This document shows positions 1 to 9,667 of a stretch of 40,400 nucleotides of DNA, piece by piece. A program made the position numbers and the translations under genes. The notes below the pieces were generated by a model that was not told the DNA's origin, made no database searches, and saw only the letters and a list, made by a program, of their open reading frames with translations. The DNA is taken from NCBI GenBank assembly GCA_018062385.1, contig JAGOSI010000002.1, forward strand, positions 1-40,400. The letters run 5' to 3'. The DNA is from Minisyncoccota bacterium. GTDB taxonomy: Bacteria; Patescibacteriota; Minisyncoccia; Phycocordibacterales; UBA918. Positions within the stretch are counted from its first letter, which is position 1. The number at the start of each line of letters is the position of its first letter.

Positions 1-3000
1 GTATATCCTTGTGCAAATATTCCACCATTTACTAGTACTCCATCTAGTCTCACTCGGCCAAGCACACTCTGCTGAGCAGTGTCACCAGTCAGTGGCACAT
101 TTACCGTTACCATATAAGTACCAGCATTGGCAATAATAATATTTTCTGGATTCACTGAGTCAGAGTGAGTAAAACCAGAGTCCTGACGAGTTTCTGTCCA
201 CTCAAGTGAGTAAGCGGTAGTTTGGTTTAAATTTGTAGAGTTGGTAGTGCGAGTTGAAGTAGCCGAGAATACATCTCTAGTTGAAGAAATATATTCCAAA
301 TATAATCCAGCCTTGCCGGTCACATTAACCACATCACCCGCATCTATAGTAGTTAAACCTTCAGTATAGACCTCTACATAATCATTTGGTGATATATCTT
401 TAAGTAAGAAACTGGTATGTGACGATGATTCAGAGTGAGTGGTAGCATTTCTAATATAACCACTACGGCCAAGACCTTCTGGTACAGTCACTCCATTCAC
501 CTTGACCTCTACTCCAATACGGGTACGACTACTGTTTCCATCAGTTCGTTGCTGAGGCAAAGTAACTGCCAATAAATAGTCCCCACTTTGCTTTAGTGTA
601 ACTTTATGTGAATCAGTGGTAGTTGAATGCGTAAAATAATATGAATCAACCGTAGAAGTACTCCACTGCAATGGACTTGGTGTTGCGTTTAGATTGGTAC
701 CACCTACTGTTCTAGTACCAGTAAACCAACCAATACCAGTCAGAGCATCGGACGCAATCTGCCATTGTCTAAGCTCTCTAAATCCGCCCATATCAAGTGG
801 CCCTAAAAGATACATATATGGACTAATATCTGGTGCATCAAACTTATACTTAAGTTCAATCGACTGTCCTTCTTCAAGTTTAATACCACGCCAAATTAAC
901 TCGGTGTAGTCTGGCAGTGTGACAGTCTCCATTCCTTCGCTCTCTACAATCACAAAACCACGCGGTATCCGCTCGACAATATCACCATCATAAACGCGAT
1001 TAGCTTTAATATTTAATTTCACTTCATACGGAGCCGGTGGATAGATACGCGTCGGTGCTGTTCTCTCTATATCGTATGGAATATAATCACGCACCTCAAA
1101 AGTATCTCGGATTTTATGCACCACCTCACCGCCAGTATTTAGATGCTGTAACTGCACAGTATAAACACCCAACTTATCGGTTTTATCAAAATCTGCTAAA
1201 TAATCTGGAATGTCAGTAACGTTGTTTTTACCACAATGACCCGACTGATTGACCGGGACTTCATAGATATTATTTTCTGGATCAATAACTTTCAACTGCA
1301 AATTCGCATCACAAATCGTATCACCTTTGTCAGTCAAAGCTGCCAAATTTAATTTCACTTTTTCGTTTGGTGAGTACATGGTTTTGGTAGTATTTACCGC
1401 CAAAACACCCCAATAAAATTCAAAAGTATCGGTATATAAAGTTTCGTTTTCATTAATTACCACTTCGACCTTGTATTTACCAGGTAGTAATTTTTGTGGC
1501 TGCTCCAAAAACTTTATCGTCCAAGTTTTATCATCTTGATACACAAAATCTACGGGTACTGTTACTGTTACACCGTTTTGATCTATCACCCTAACTGCAT
1601 CCACCTTATAAACATTTTCTTTAAAAATAAAATTGAAAACACGCTTAAAGAAATTTTGTTGAGGTGAATAATTTAAAGTAAAAACAGGTAGTGAACTTAA
1701 AGTAAAATCTAATTCTGTGTCATTCAATTCATGGAATTTTGGCTCTAAGAGATCACGCTCATAACTTATTTGATTGGTTAAATCATTTGCATCTGGTTTT
1801 TCAAAGAAGGAAGATGCTTCAAGCTCAAGCCACATCCCTTCTACGTAAGCTCGTTGTAAATTGGCAATATTTCCTTGATATGAAATTCTTACTTGTAAAT
1901 TGGCAATATTTCCTTGATTAGCAGGCTGTTCAAGTGACACCAAAAAATAATCACCATTAATACTATTGGAAATTTCATCACCAATATCAATCACTGTAGC
2001 AGTCTGCCAACCTTTACCATCAGCATAATCATACTCAACTACGAAGCGTTGCAATTCATCTGGATCATATGAAGCTGTGCGTCCAGCCAAAGACAAGCGC
2101 AGCTGGGCTGAAGTAATAAATTTACCAGTTTCAAGCTCCGGTATAGTAAAACCAGAAAAGATCATGTCGTAAGTCTGACATCCTGGACTAGCATTACATT
2201 CCTCCTTAACAGTTGGTGGCGGAACATAATCATCTTCAGTCAAAATCTCTTCTTCTGGTGTTTCATTTTCAATTTCAGTTTCAATCACCTCATCTAGCAC
2301 TGGCAAATTATCATTTTCAGTAAACCCATCCCCTTCTTCACCACTTACTGATTCCTCGGATGACACATTATCAGTTGAAGATTGATCTATAACAGACTCT
2401 TCATCAGTAATTATTTCTTCTGTTTCAATATTTTCACTTTGCACTACATCTACAGAAGTAGAGTCATTTTCCTCATCACTCCCGTCTGGGGTCGTTGTCA
2501 CAATAGTGGTTATCGTTTCCTGTAAAAACGGATAACTTTTTTGTGACTTAGCAAAAACTCCCCATCTGATACTGTCTTTAATATTTAAATTGGTATTAAG
2601 TGAAGTCTCTACAGCTGGCGCTTCTGCATTATCAGGTGCCGGGTCTTTTTCAGGTGATGATGATTCCTCAATCACTTCTTCAACAGTCGACTCTTCCACA
2701 ACAGCTTCTTCAGAAGATTCTTGCACATCTGTTACAACATCAGCAGAAGCCTCCACCTCAACAACCGGATCAACATTTACATCTCCAGAACTTTCACCTG
2801 ACTCAGGATCGATATTTCCTGTACCAGCCTCATTAGTGGAAGTTGCAGCATTCTCCGATTCTGAATTACTTTGATTTTCAATTACTTGTTCTACAGCTCC
2901 AACTCCGCTTGTAGAAGTGGCTACATTTTTAGGAGCATTAATAGCTTCACTGTCAATATAAGCGGAATTAACTGATGAGAAATTTTGAAACAAAGATTCA

Positions 3001-3194
3001 GAAGAAATATCTTGCCCAAGAGTCTGTTCAATCCCGATCCAAGTATTTGAAATGACAGAATCAGGAATAATTACCAACTGTTCGGAAACAATCTCAGTAC
3101 GATCAACAGTTGCATACACAAAAATACCAACCAGCAATACAAAAATTGCCAGTATCCACAATGATATCTTTTGGAAAAAAGCCTTATAAATCAT
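1..3194 (-). CDS. Large cell-surface protein, 3' end cut by window edge (1064 codons in window)
   Basis: Minus-strand frame from ATG 3194-3192 to the window edge. No stop found where hand-translated (3-59, 1860-1925, 2590-3194). Missing from the ORF track because it has no stop in the window. N-terminus MIYKAFFQKISLWILAIFVLLVGIFVYA is a signal anchor. A long Asp/Glu/Ser-rich acidic region follows, then beta-rich repeated modules. Confidence 0.8.
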   Translation of the reverse strand, partial: MIYKAFFQKISLWILAIFVLLVGIFVYATVDRTEIVSEQLVIIPDSVISNTWIGIEQTLGQDISSESLFQNFSSVNSAYIDSEAINAPKNVATSTSGVGAVEQVIENQSNSESENAATSTNEAGTGNIDPESGESSGDVNVDPVVEVEASADVVTDVQESSEEAVVEESTVEEVIEESSSPEKDPAPDNAEAPAVETSLNTNLNIKDSIRWGVFAKSQKSYPFLQETITTIVTTTPDGSDEENDSTSVDVVQSENIETEEIITDEESVIDQSSTDNVSSEESVSGEEGDGFTENDNLPVLDEVIETEIENETPEEEILTEDDYVPPPTVKEECNASPGCQTYDMIFSGFTIPELETGKFITSAQLRLSLAGRTASYDPDELQRFVVEYDYADGKGWQTATVIDIGDEISNSINGDYFLVSLEQPANQGNIANLQVRISYQGNIANLQRAYVEGMWLELEASSFFEKPDANDLTNQISYERDLLEPKFHELNDTELDFTLSSLPVFTLNYSPQQNFFKRVFNFIFKENVYKVDAVRVIDQNGVTVTVPVDFVYQDDKTWTIKFLEQPQKLLPGKYKVEVVINENETLYTDTFEFYWGVLAVNTTKTMYSPNEKVKLNLAALTDKGDTICDANLQLKVIDPENNIYEVPVNQSGHCGKNNVTDIPDYLADFDKTDKLGVYTVQLQHLNTGGEVVHKIRDTFEVRDYIPYDIERTAPTRIYPPAPYEVKLNIKANRVYDGDIVERIPRGFVIVESEGMETVTLPDYTELIWRGIKLEEGQSIELKYKFDAPDISPYMYLLGPLDMGGFRELRQWQIASDALTGIGWFTGTRTVGGTNLNATPSPLQWSTSTVDSYYFTHSTTTDSHKVTLKQSGDYLLAVTLPQQRTDGNSSRTRIGVEVKVNGVTVPEGLGRSGYIRNATTHSESSSHTSFLLKDISPNDYVEVYTEGLTTIDAGDVVNVTGKAGLYLEYISSTRDVFSATSTRTTNSTNLNQTTAYSLEWTETRQDSGFTHSDSVNPENIIIANAGTYMVTVNVPLTGDTAQQSVLGRVRLDGVLVNGGIFAQGY
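1854..1918 (-). repeat. Perfect 26-nt direct repeat (1854-1879 and 1893-1918), 39-nt period, in frame
   Basis: ttgtaaattggcaatatttccttgat occurs twice. It encodes QGNIANLQ twice (..NQGNIANLQVRISYQGNIANLQRAY..) inside the large surface protein. Confidence 0.9.
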
Positions 3195-3246
3195 TACATA
3201 ACAACCCGTCCACTAAAATTTGGTAGAAAAGGGTTCATGATATTAT

Positions 3247-3274
3247 AACCCGCAGACTGTTAAGTCTGCGGGTT
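3247..3274 (-). terminator. Hairpin downstream of the cohesin-protein gene
   Basis: aacccgcagact-gtta-agtctgcgggtt is a 12-bp perfect stem. The flanking U-tract is weak and AT-rich. Confidence 0.45.
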
Positions 3275-3304
3275 ATATCTTTAAATTATGTGGATTCAGA
3301 CTTC

Positions 3305-4852
3305 CTATTTCAGAATCGCTTTGACATCATTGATTTCCTTTTCAATTAGGGTTTCTGAAACCTCTAAAGCTTGATTTAGTCCTTCTACAGCATCCTTTTC
3401 ATTCTTCGATAAGCGCTTGCGCTTAGTGATCATATTTATCTGATCATAAATTTCATCCCGTAAAGCTGAAAAGATCTTCTCCATCTGATCTTGCACCTCT
3501 CGCGTTTCCCGTCTCAACTTCTCTTCCTTTTGTTTAATTTGTTTTCGCTCGTACCAAATATATACAAATTGTAGCAGAATAATGACAATTAGGAAAAAGA
3601 TAAAGATGTTGATTGGATTAATGAAACTCCAAAACGACTTTTCTTCAGTTTCCTCAACCGGTTTGATCCAACCTGCTGTAATCAATACCGCTTTGCTACT
3701 TTCTCTTAGATTTCCAGCTTTATCGTAAGCAACAACCTTAACCGTATAAGTACCATCTTCCAACTCTTTTAATAGATAGCCCAACTTTGCTTCATCTGGT
3801 GTAACTTTGAGTGGTTCGTTATCGGCAATGGTTAGTTCATAATAATCAATCCCTGAAGTTTTATCTTTAGCTTCAAAGGCAACTAATGGAAAGGATGATG
3901 GAGTGGTTCCAGTTTTTACCACAACTTCAAACTGTTCTGGTGCCGTGGTATCAATTTGGATCTTTCTATTTAGAACTGCCCCCCATCCTACCTGATTCTT
4001 AAATTTAATACTCAAGTATTGTACCCCATCTTGTACTAGGTCTTTAGTAATTCTAAATTCATCTACCGGCGGTTCAAGGATCGCTTTTTTATTTAACTCC
4101 GGTTTATTTTCACTTGAGGTCGAGATCTCGATCGCCACTGCATTTACATCAAATGGCAAGGTCCAATTAAAAACTCCCTCTGTTGACTTATACCAAATTT
4201 CAGGATCTAAAAACACTTGTGATCCAACTTCGGGCGCACGAGGAGGGTCTCCAAAAACTAGCGCCTCTTCAGTTTTCGGCTTCTCTTCTGGTTTACTTTC
4301 TACAGCGGGTGTTGGCGTTGGAGTGGGAGCAGGTGCCGGAGCCACCGCTGGAGAAATCGTATAATTAGCTCCAGCAGAAGTCTGATAAACATCAGTTCCT
4401 TGTCCATCATTCAACAAAACAGAAGCGTTAGTAAATGATACTGCTCCCGCACCATCTTTTACTGCCCTCCAAGTAACAGAGAATAAATTTGAAGCTGCAG
4501 AAAAAGGAGTTTGACTACCACCACCAAAAGTAACAGTACCTGCAGAATTTGAAAAGGTTGGCTCAACTGTCCATAATGAAAAAGCTGATCCTGTCTTACT
4601 AATACTCACCACCGTCATAACTGCTGGATCAAATTTCAAAGTCGCTTCGACAGCGTTAATGCTTTTACCATCAGGTTGCACTCTAACACTGGTGGTAAAA
4701 GTCTGACCATTACTATAAGAACCACTTCCTGGATTTAGTTGCAAAGTAGCAGCGCTAACTACAGTGGCTGAAAAAACAAAAAGTAGCAGTGCTGACAGCA
4801 ATAAAACCATCTTGATGACTAACTGGGTGATTTGTATTTTCTTGACGAACAT
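3305..4852 (-). CDS. Membrane-anchored surface protein with N-terminal cohesin-like domain
   Basis: Signal peptide (..LLFVFSATVVSAAT). Cohesin-like block: LQLNPGSGSYSNGQTFTTSVRVQPDGKSINAVEATLKFDPAVMTVVSISKTGSAFSLW..AGTVTFGGG..VSFTNASVLLNDGQGTD. Then a PAPAPTPTPTP linker, Ig-like region, C-terminal TM (FIFFLIVIILLQFVYIWY) and a charged coiled-coil tail. Confidence 0.75.
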   Translation of the reverse strand: MFVKKIQITQLVIKMVLLLSALLLFVFSATVVSAATLQLNPGSGSYSNGQTFTTSVRVQPDGKSINAVEATLKFDPAVMTVVSISKTGSAFSLWTVEPTFSNSAGTVTFGGGSQTPFSAASNLFSVTWRAVKDGAGAVSFTNASVLLNDGQGTDVYQTSAGANYTISPAVAPAPAPTPTPTPAVESKPEEKPKTEEALVFGDPPRAPEVGSQVFLDPEIWYKSTEGVFNWTLPFDVNAVAIEISTSSENKPELNKKAILEPPVDEFRITKDLVQDGVQYLSIKFKNQVGWGAVLNRKIQIDTTAPEQFEVVVKTGTTPSSFPLVAFEAKDKTSGIDYYELTIADNEPLKVTPDEAKLGYLLKELEDGTYTVKVVAYDKAGNLRESSKAVLITAGWIKPVEETEEKSFWSFINPINIFIFFLIVIILLQFVYIWYERKQIKQKEEKLRRETREVQDQMEKIFSALRDEIYDQINMITKRKRLSKNEKDAVEGLNQALEVSETLIEKEINDVKAILK

Positions 4853-4869
4853 AATGAACTTTTATAAAA

Positions 4870-5337
4870 CTATTTACTACTTGGCTTACGATCCTGCTTT
4901 ACCCTCAATCTAACTCTTTCCTTTTCCGATGATTTTAATAATGGAAGAATAAGTATTAAAACTCCATTCTTTATTTTTGCCTCCGCTTTTTCTATATCAA
5001 CACTTTCTGGTAAAATAATTCTACGGTAAAAATCACCCCATACGCACTCCTGCGCAAAGTAGGCACCTTGCTCTTTCTTTTTTGAAAAAACCAAATAATC
5101 AGGACGAATCCTCCTACCCTCAATCAAAACAATATCTGCATCACCTTCAATTGAAACATTAACATCGTTCATATCTGCACCTGATGACTGAGCATAGATA
5201 ACAATCATTTTCTCAGTTTGATACACATCAACATCAAGTTGAGCAACTTTATCTACAGCTGTCTCTTCAGAATCTGACTGCAAAGACGCTTGTCCAGATC
5301 TCACCCCTCTATTTTTTAATCTCTGTAGAAATGACAT
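4870..5337 (-). CDS. Small heat-shock protein, Hsp20/alpha-crystallin family
   Basis: Alpha-crystallin-like core (VDVYQTEKMIVIYAQSSGADMNDVNVSIEGD..LIEGRR) and the C-terminal KNGVLILILP motif typical of sHSPs. 155 aa. Confidence 0.8.
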   Translation of the reverse strand: MSFLQRLKNRGVRSGQASLQSDSEETAVDKVAQLDVDVYQTEKMIVIYAQSSGADMNDVNVSIEGDADIVLIEGRRIRPDYLVFSKKKEQGAYFAQECVWGDFYRRIILPESVDIEKAEAKIKNGVLILILPLLKSSEKERVRLRVKQDRKPSSK

Positions 5338-5391
5338 ATTACATATATTATATAGTCTCTTTATTATTTTTTATTGCTTATACCCACAATT

Positions 5392-7305
5392 TTAGCCAGT
5401 CCAGTTAAAGAGCAAGATTGAAAAGTCAGTAAGATTAACTTTTTTGTCACCATTAATATCAGCCGATGGATCTGAAGTACCTCCATCAGTGTTCCACCAG
5501 AAAAGTAAAATTGAAAAGTCAGTAAGATTAACTTTTCCATCTCGATTAAGATCAGCCGTGGTAGGCTTTGTTGCTTTTTCGCCAACTCCATAAAGTAAGT
5601 AATTGGAAAAATTTGTCGCGATAAAACCAGTGGTTTGCTTTGATTTTGCTCTAATTTTATATGTACCATTAGAGAAACCAGCTGTGCTAATGGTTGTACT
5701 CCAAACCCCACCACCGTCAGCACTAGCAGAAAAATTTTTTAAACTAGCGGCCGAATTTTCCTTTAGATTTTCAATGGTAACTTCAGAATTTGGGATTGCA
5801 TATCCACTAGCCGTTAGAGTTTGTCCCGGATTTACCGGATCAGGAGAAACAGTAACAGTTGGTGAAATATTGATATTGGATAAAGCTGATGTTCTAGCTC
5901 CAGCCACAGTGAAAGATGTGCTGAAGGTTGAAGACTTATTTTTGTTAGCATCAACAGCATACACTCCAAAGGTATACGCTCCTCTGGCAATTTCATCAAT
6001 CGTAATCGAATACTCACCGTCATTTCCAGCCCTACTTTTCTCACTTTCTTTTCCATCCACCAATGACACAACCTCACTGTTTGGAAAAGCATAACCAGTA
6101 ATAACCACTCGCCCGTCACCACTTCGATATGGCGCATCAGTAGATTCAAATCCTCCGCCACTAGTACTTCCACTTCCGCCACCACTTCCGCCACCACCTC
6201 CACCTCCACTTCCCCCACCACCAGACGCCCCCCCCTCTGAAGGAGCTTCACCGTCAGAAGAACCTGAGGTCCCCCCTCCACCCGATCCTGATCCAGAGCC
6301 ATCATTTCCCGATCCGGTACCATCTCCGGAAACATCACCTTCAGTATTTGAAGTTCCCGTTGGTGTGGCGCTGACCGAAAATTCAATTAGATAATCATCT
6401 GGGTTAAAGTTTCCTTCATCATCAATACAGCGTACGTAAAATTGTTGCACTGAATTAGGTACTACCGGCACATTTTTAGAATGATAAATCAAACCTGTAT
6501 TGGTAAAAGTGTAAGGCATAGATTGATATGAGGTACCAGCCACCGTGTCGTACTTACAAGTAGCAAACTCGTCTGTCTGTAAGAATATTTCTACATTCAA
6601 AGTAACACCCGTAATAGTACCTGTAGGTGAACCCCCAAACCGAAGCGGGGGGATTTCTTCAGTAGTATCAATTGGCCCCACACCTACTCTTTCTAAAATA
6701 GCAATCATAAAATTGGCATCTGCCACCAAGGTTCCATCATATATTTTTACAGCAATTTTTTTACTCCCAGTACCAAGACCATTGATAATTGGTTTTATAT
6801 CGGCCTCGATGGTTGTTGTACCAGTGGTAGTACTATAACTTTCGCTAAAAAAATTAGTCTTGGAGGTATGGTTACCAATTTTTATCTGTATCTCCGAACC
6901 TGCAGGTATACCCTCTGTGGAATTTAAAGTGTATTTAATAGAACCAGGCATACCTGAAAAAATCTCAACCATATCTTCGGAAGCACTTAATGTGGATGAG
7001 GAATTTCTAACTACATCATCCACATACAGCTCAACGTTTCTATCGGCCGAAAATGTGCTGGTACTCAAAATCTCAAAGTCTGCAGGTGGCAGAATCTCTA
7101 TATAAGCTCCAGGTGAAATAGCAGTTTGTAAAATAAAACTAAAAGTATGATTAGAGCCTGTATTTGGATTGGAATCAGAAATCACATCACTGTAGCTCAT
7201 AATATTTCTCGCTTCCGAAAAACTGGTTGAAATATATGACCATACAAAAAATGACGCAATTATTATTGCAACAAAAACTACCCACGACCGAAAAACCGTT
7301 TGCAT
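5392..7305 (-). CDS. Secreted protein with Gly/Ser-rich linker and C-terminal type-I dockerin-like duplicated EF-hand
   Basis: N-terminal signal anchor. Long G/S low-complexity linker (~6140-6340). The C-terminus holds two dockerin-like segments, DLNRDGKVNLTDFSILLFWW and DINGDKKVNLTDFSILLFNW. They correspond to an identical 27-nt DNA repeat at 5417-5443 and 5510-5536. Confidence 0.75.
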   Translation of the reverse strand: MQTVFRSWVVFVAIIIASFFVWSYISTSFSEARNIMSYSDVISDSNPNTGSNHTFSFILQTAISPGAYIEILPPADFEILSTSTFSADRNVELYVDDVVRNSSSTLSASEDMVEIFSGMPGSIKYTLNSTEGIPAGSEIQIKIGNHTSKTNFFSESYSTTTGTTTIEADIKPIINGLGTGSKKIAVKIYDGTLVADANFMIAILERVGVGPIDTTEEIPPLRFGGSPTGTITGVTLNVEIFLQTDEFATCKYDTVAGTSYQSMPYTFTNTGLIYHSKNVPVVPNSVQQFYVRCIDDEGNFNPDDYLIEFSVSATPTGTSNTEGDVSGDGTGSGNDGSGSGSGGGGTSGSSDGEAPSEGGASGGGGSGGGGGGGSGGGSGSTSGGGFESTDAPYRSGDGRVVITGYAFPNSEVVSLVDGKESEKSRAGNDGEYSITIDEIARGAYTFGVYAVDANKNKSSTFSTSFTVAGARTSALSNINISPTVTVSPDPVNPGQTLTASGYAIPNSEVTIENLKENSAASLKNFSASADGGGVWSTTISTAGFSNGTYKIRAKSKQTTGFIATNFSNYLLYGVGEKATKPTTADLNRDGKVNLTDFSILLFWWNTDGGTSDPSADINGDKKVNLTDFSILLFNWTG

Positions 7306-7362
7306 TTCCTTTCCATTATACCTTGTACATATATATGTATAATGGATTCGTACACACTTTAT

Positions 7363-9129
7363 TTACTCAAGCAGAAATCCTCCAGATTGATGACTCCATA
7401 ACTTAGCATAAACACCACCCTTATCTTTTAGAGTATTATGATCTCCATCTTCCACTACCACCCCAGAATCAAGCACAACAATGCGGTCCATTTCCCGTAA
7501 GGTTGACAGACGATGAGCAATAGCTATCACAGTCTTCCCTTCCATTAAAGTATGCAAGGCTTTTTGAATTAACATTTCACTCTCACTATCAAGCGCAGAG
7601 GTAGCTTCGTCCAAAATAAGAATTGGCGCATTTTTCAACATCGCTCTTGCTATAGCTACTCGCTGCTTTTGGCCACCCGACAATTTAACCCCACGCTCAC
7701 CCACCAAGGTATCATAGCCTTGAGGTAATTTTTCGATAAACTCATGCGCGTGAGCCTGTTTTGCTACCGCCACTACCTCATCATGACTAGCTTCTGGTTT
7801 GCTATATGCAATATTTTCTCTAATTGTTCTGTGAAATAAAGCCGGCTCTTGTGGCACTACAGCAATTGCTTGCCTTAGAGAATCCTGAGTCACAGAGGCA
7901 ATGTCTTGACCATCAATAAATATCCGACCTCCATTTAGCTCATGTTGCCTTAACAAAAGCGACACAAAAGTAGTTTTTCCAGCTCCTGAAGTCCCAACCA
8001 ATCCCACTCTCTGACCAGCTGGGATATTTAAATTGAACTTTGAAAAAACTTGATTATCCTCAAAACCAAAATCAACAGACCTCCAATCAATGCTACCGTT
8101 TTTTATTTTTAATGATTTTGCTTCCTCATTATCAACAATCTCATAATCTACTAGCAAATCATCTAATCCTTCTCTAAGTTCACCTACGGTTTTAGCCATA
8201 GCATTAAAAGCTCTACCTATAAATACAAGTGAGCCAGAAATATTAAACATCAATGCCACCACCATAATAAAATCACCACTAGTTATCAATCCTCCTTCCC
8301 ACTTATTTAATATCAACCAAAACATCCCTAAAGAAAACGCAAATAAAATAAAAATATTAAGTAACAGCAGTTTTTCGGTATAGAACCAATTATTTCTGTG
8401 AGCAATTCTTCGTTTTTCAGTTAATATAGCCAAACCGTTCAACTCTTGTTTAAATTTAGCATATTGTCTAACAGCACTGATATTAGAAAAGGTATCAACA
8501 GTTCTACCTGTTAAAATAGTGTTGGCTTCAGAGCTAATTTTTGACAACTCAGCTTTCTTTGGTGCTAAATATTTATTTACAAAAAATAAAACTATTAGCA
8601 AAAGTACAAAAAGCGAAGCTACTATCATATCAACCAACCAAAGAAGGATGAAGGTAGCCAAAAATCCAACAAACGACGCCAATTGTGCCCACAAAAAATC
8701 TGGGATAATTTCCTCAACTGCACCAATTACATTTCTTTGTTTACTAAGAACCGAACCAGCAAAACGATTAATAAAATAAGTATGACTGTGTTGCAAAACG
8801 TGACGGTTTAAATTATCAGTCGCAGTTTTAGCTGCTCGCGTTGTCCAGTTAGCTGCCGCGAATCCGCTAATTCGATACATAAGCTGGGCAAACAACAGAA
8901 CCACGGGGAAAAGCAGACCCCAAAACAAGACTGTATTCATTTCACCAGCTTCCACTGCGTCAACCACCAATTTAAATAGATAGCTAGAACCTGATCCAAC
9001 CGAAGCTGCAACAATCACCGCAAAAATAGCCAGAAAAGACCACCATTTATGGGGAGCTGAGGCATGAATAAAAAAAGCCAAAGGAGTGTTGGGAATTACT
9101 TTTTCTTTTGTTTTATTATTATCACTCAT
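7363..9129 (-). CDS. ABC exporter, fused permease/ATPase (MsbA/ABCB-like)
   Basis: Hydrophobic (multi-TM) N-terminal half. Walker A GTSGAGKTT, signature LSGGQKQRVAIARA, Walker B ILILDEATSALD, H-loop IAHRLST. Confidence 0.9.
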   Translation of the reverse strand: MSDNNKTKEKVIPNTPLAFFIHASAPHKWWSFLAIFAVIVAASVGSGSSYLFKLVVDAVEAGEMNTVLFWGLLFPVVLLFAQLMYRISGFAAANWTTRAAKTATDNLNRHVLQHSHTYFINRFAGSVLSKQRNVIGAVEEIIPDFLWAQLASFVGFLATFILLWLVDMIVASLFVLLLIVLFFVNKYLAPKKAELSKISSEANTILTGRTVDTFSNISAVRQYAKFKQELNGLAILTEKRRIAHRNNWFYTEKLLLLNIFILFAFSLGMFWLILNKWEGGLITSGDFIMVVALMFNISGSLVFIGRAFNAMAKTVGELREGLDDLLVDYEIVDNEEAKSLKIKNGSIDWRSVDFGFEDNQVFSKFNLNIPAGQRVGLVGTSGAGKTTFVSLLLRQHELNGGRIFIDGQDIASVTQDSLRQAIAVVPQEPALFHRTIRENIAYSKPEASHDEVVAVAKQAHAHEFIEKLPQGYDTLVGERGVKLSGGQKQRVAIARAMLKNAPILILDEATSALDSESEMLIQKALHTLMEGKTVIAIAHRLSTLREMDRIVVLDSGVVVEDGDHNTLKDKGGVYAKLWSHQSGGFLLE

Positions 9130-9248
9130 ATTAAAATCACAGGAAAAATAACTTGAAATAAGCTGGTAATTATAGCTAAAATCAAGACTTCAAACAAGTT
9201 AGCTGGAAATGTCTTATACTTTTGTAACAGGCACGGCAATTGTAAGTC

Positions 9249-9653
9249 TTAGCTAGTTTGCAAAACTGACATTTTACGCATGCGAATGAAATCCAGAATA
9301 TAGTTTAGTAAAATCAAAACTAATAATATAAATACAATCACACTCAGAATTAAAGTTGATTTATCCATGGTCGCAGAGGTGTTTTCTGATAAGTTAATTG
9401 CTATCAAACGTTCTTTAGCAGCCAGATCCCCTTCCAGTTCAGTAATTCTAGCCGTGAGCTGGTTTACCTCTGTTGGCGTTACACCCACCTGCACAGAAAC
9501 AGCATTGGCTAAATATTGCTGAGTTGAGATTGATAAAATCTTACTTTGATCCGAAACTAATCCGCTATCAAAAACCAGAAGCAAAGCAAAAACCAAGACA
9601 CTGACCCGTAAAAAACTATGATAAATGGAGTATCTCAATGAAGTGTTCATCAC
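9249..9653 (-). CDS. Small membrane protein (two TM segments flanking a coiled coil)
   Basis: Hydrophobic N-terminal (VSVLVFALLLVF) and C-terminal (LILSVIVFILLVLILLNYIL) segments. Central QLTARITELEGDLAAKERL. No recognisable family. Confidence 0.55.
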   Translation of the reverse strand: MMNTSLRYSIYHSFLRVSVLVFALLLVFDSGLVSDQSKILSISTQQYLANAVSVQVGVTPTEVNQLTARITELEGDLAAKERLIAINLSENTSATMDKSTLILSVIVFILLVLILLNYILDFIRMRKMSVLQTS

Positions 9654-9667
9654 CTAACATTGTATCA

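Noticed and set aside
2590-2874. Plus-strand ORFs 2590-2874 and 2600-2836 (Ser/Thr/Gln-rich)
   Set aside because: They are antisense to the acidic low-complexity region of the long minus-strand ORF (1-3194). Low-complexity shadow frames, with no RBS.
5364-6386. ORFs 5364-5723, 5603-6094 and 5832-6386 overlapping the dockerin-protein gene
   Set aside because: Alternative or antisense frames kept open by the Gly/Ser-rich repeats. The 637-aa frame has a coherent signal peptide, domains and dockerin.
7363-9129. ABC exporter as the T1SS partner of the RTX-like protein
   Set aside because: It lies 15 kb away on the opposite strand. No adjacent membrane-fusion or outer-membrane gene, and no C39 or CLD N-terminal domain. 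It looks like a generic MsbA-type exporter.
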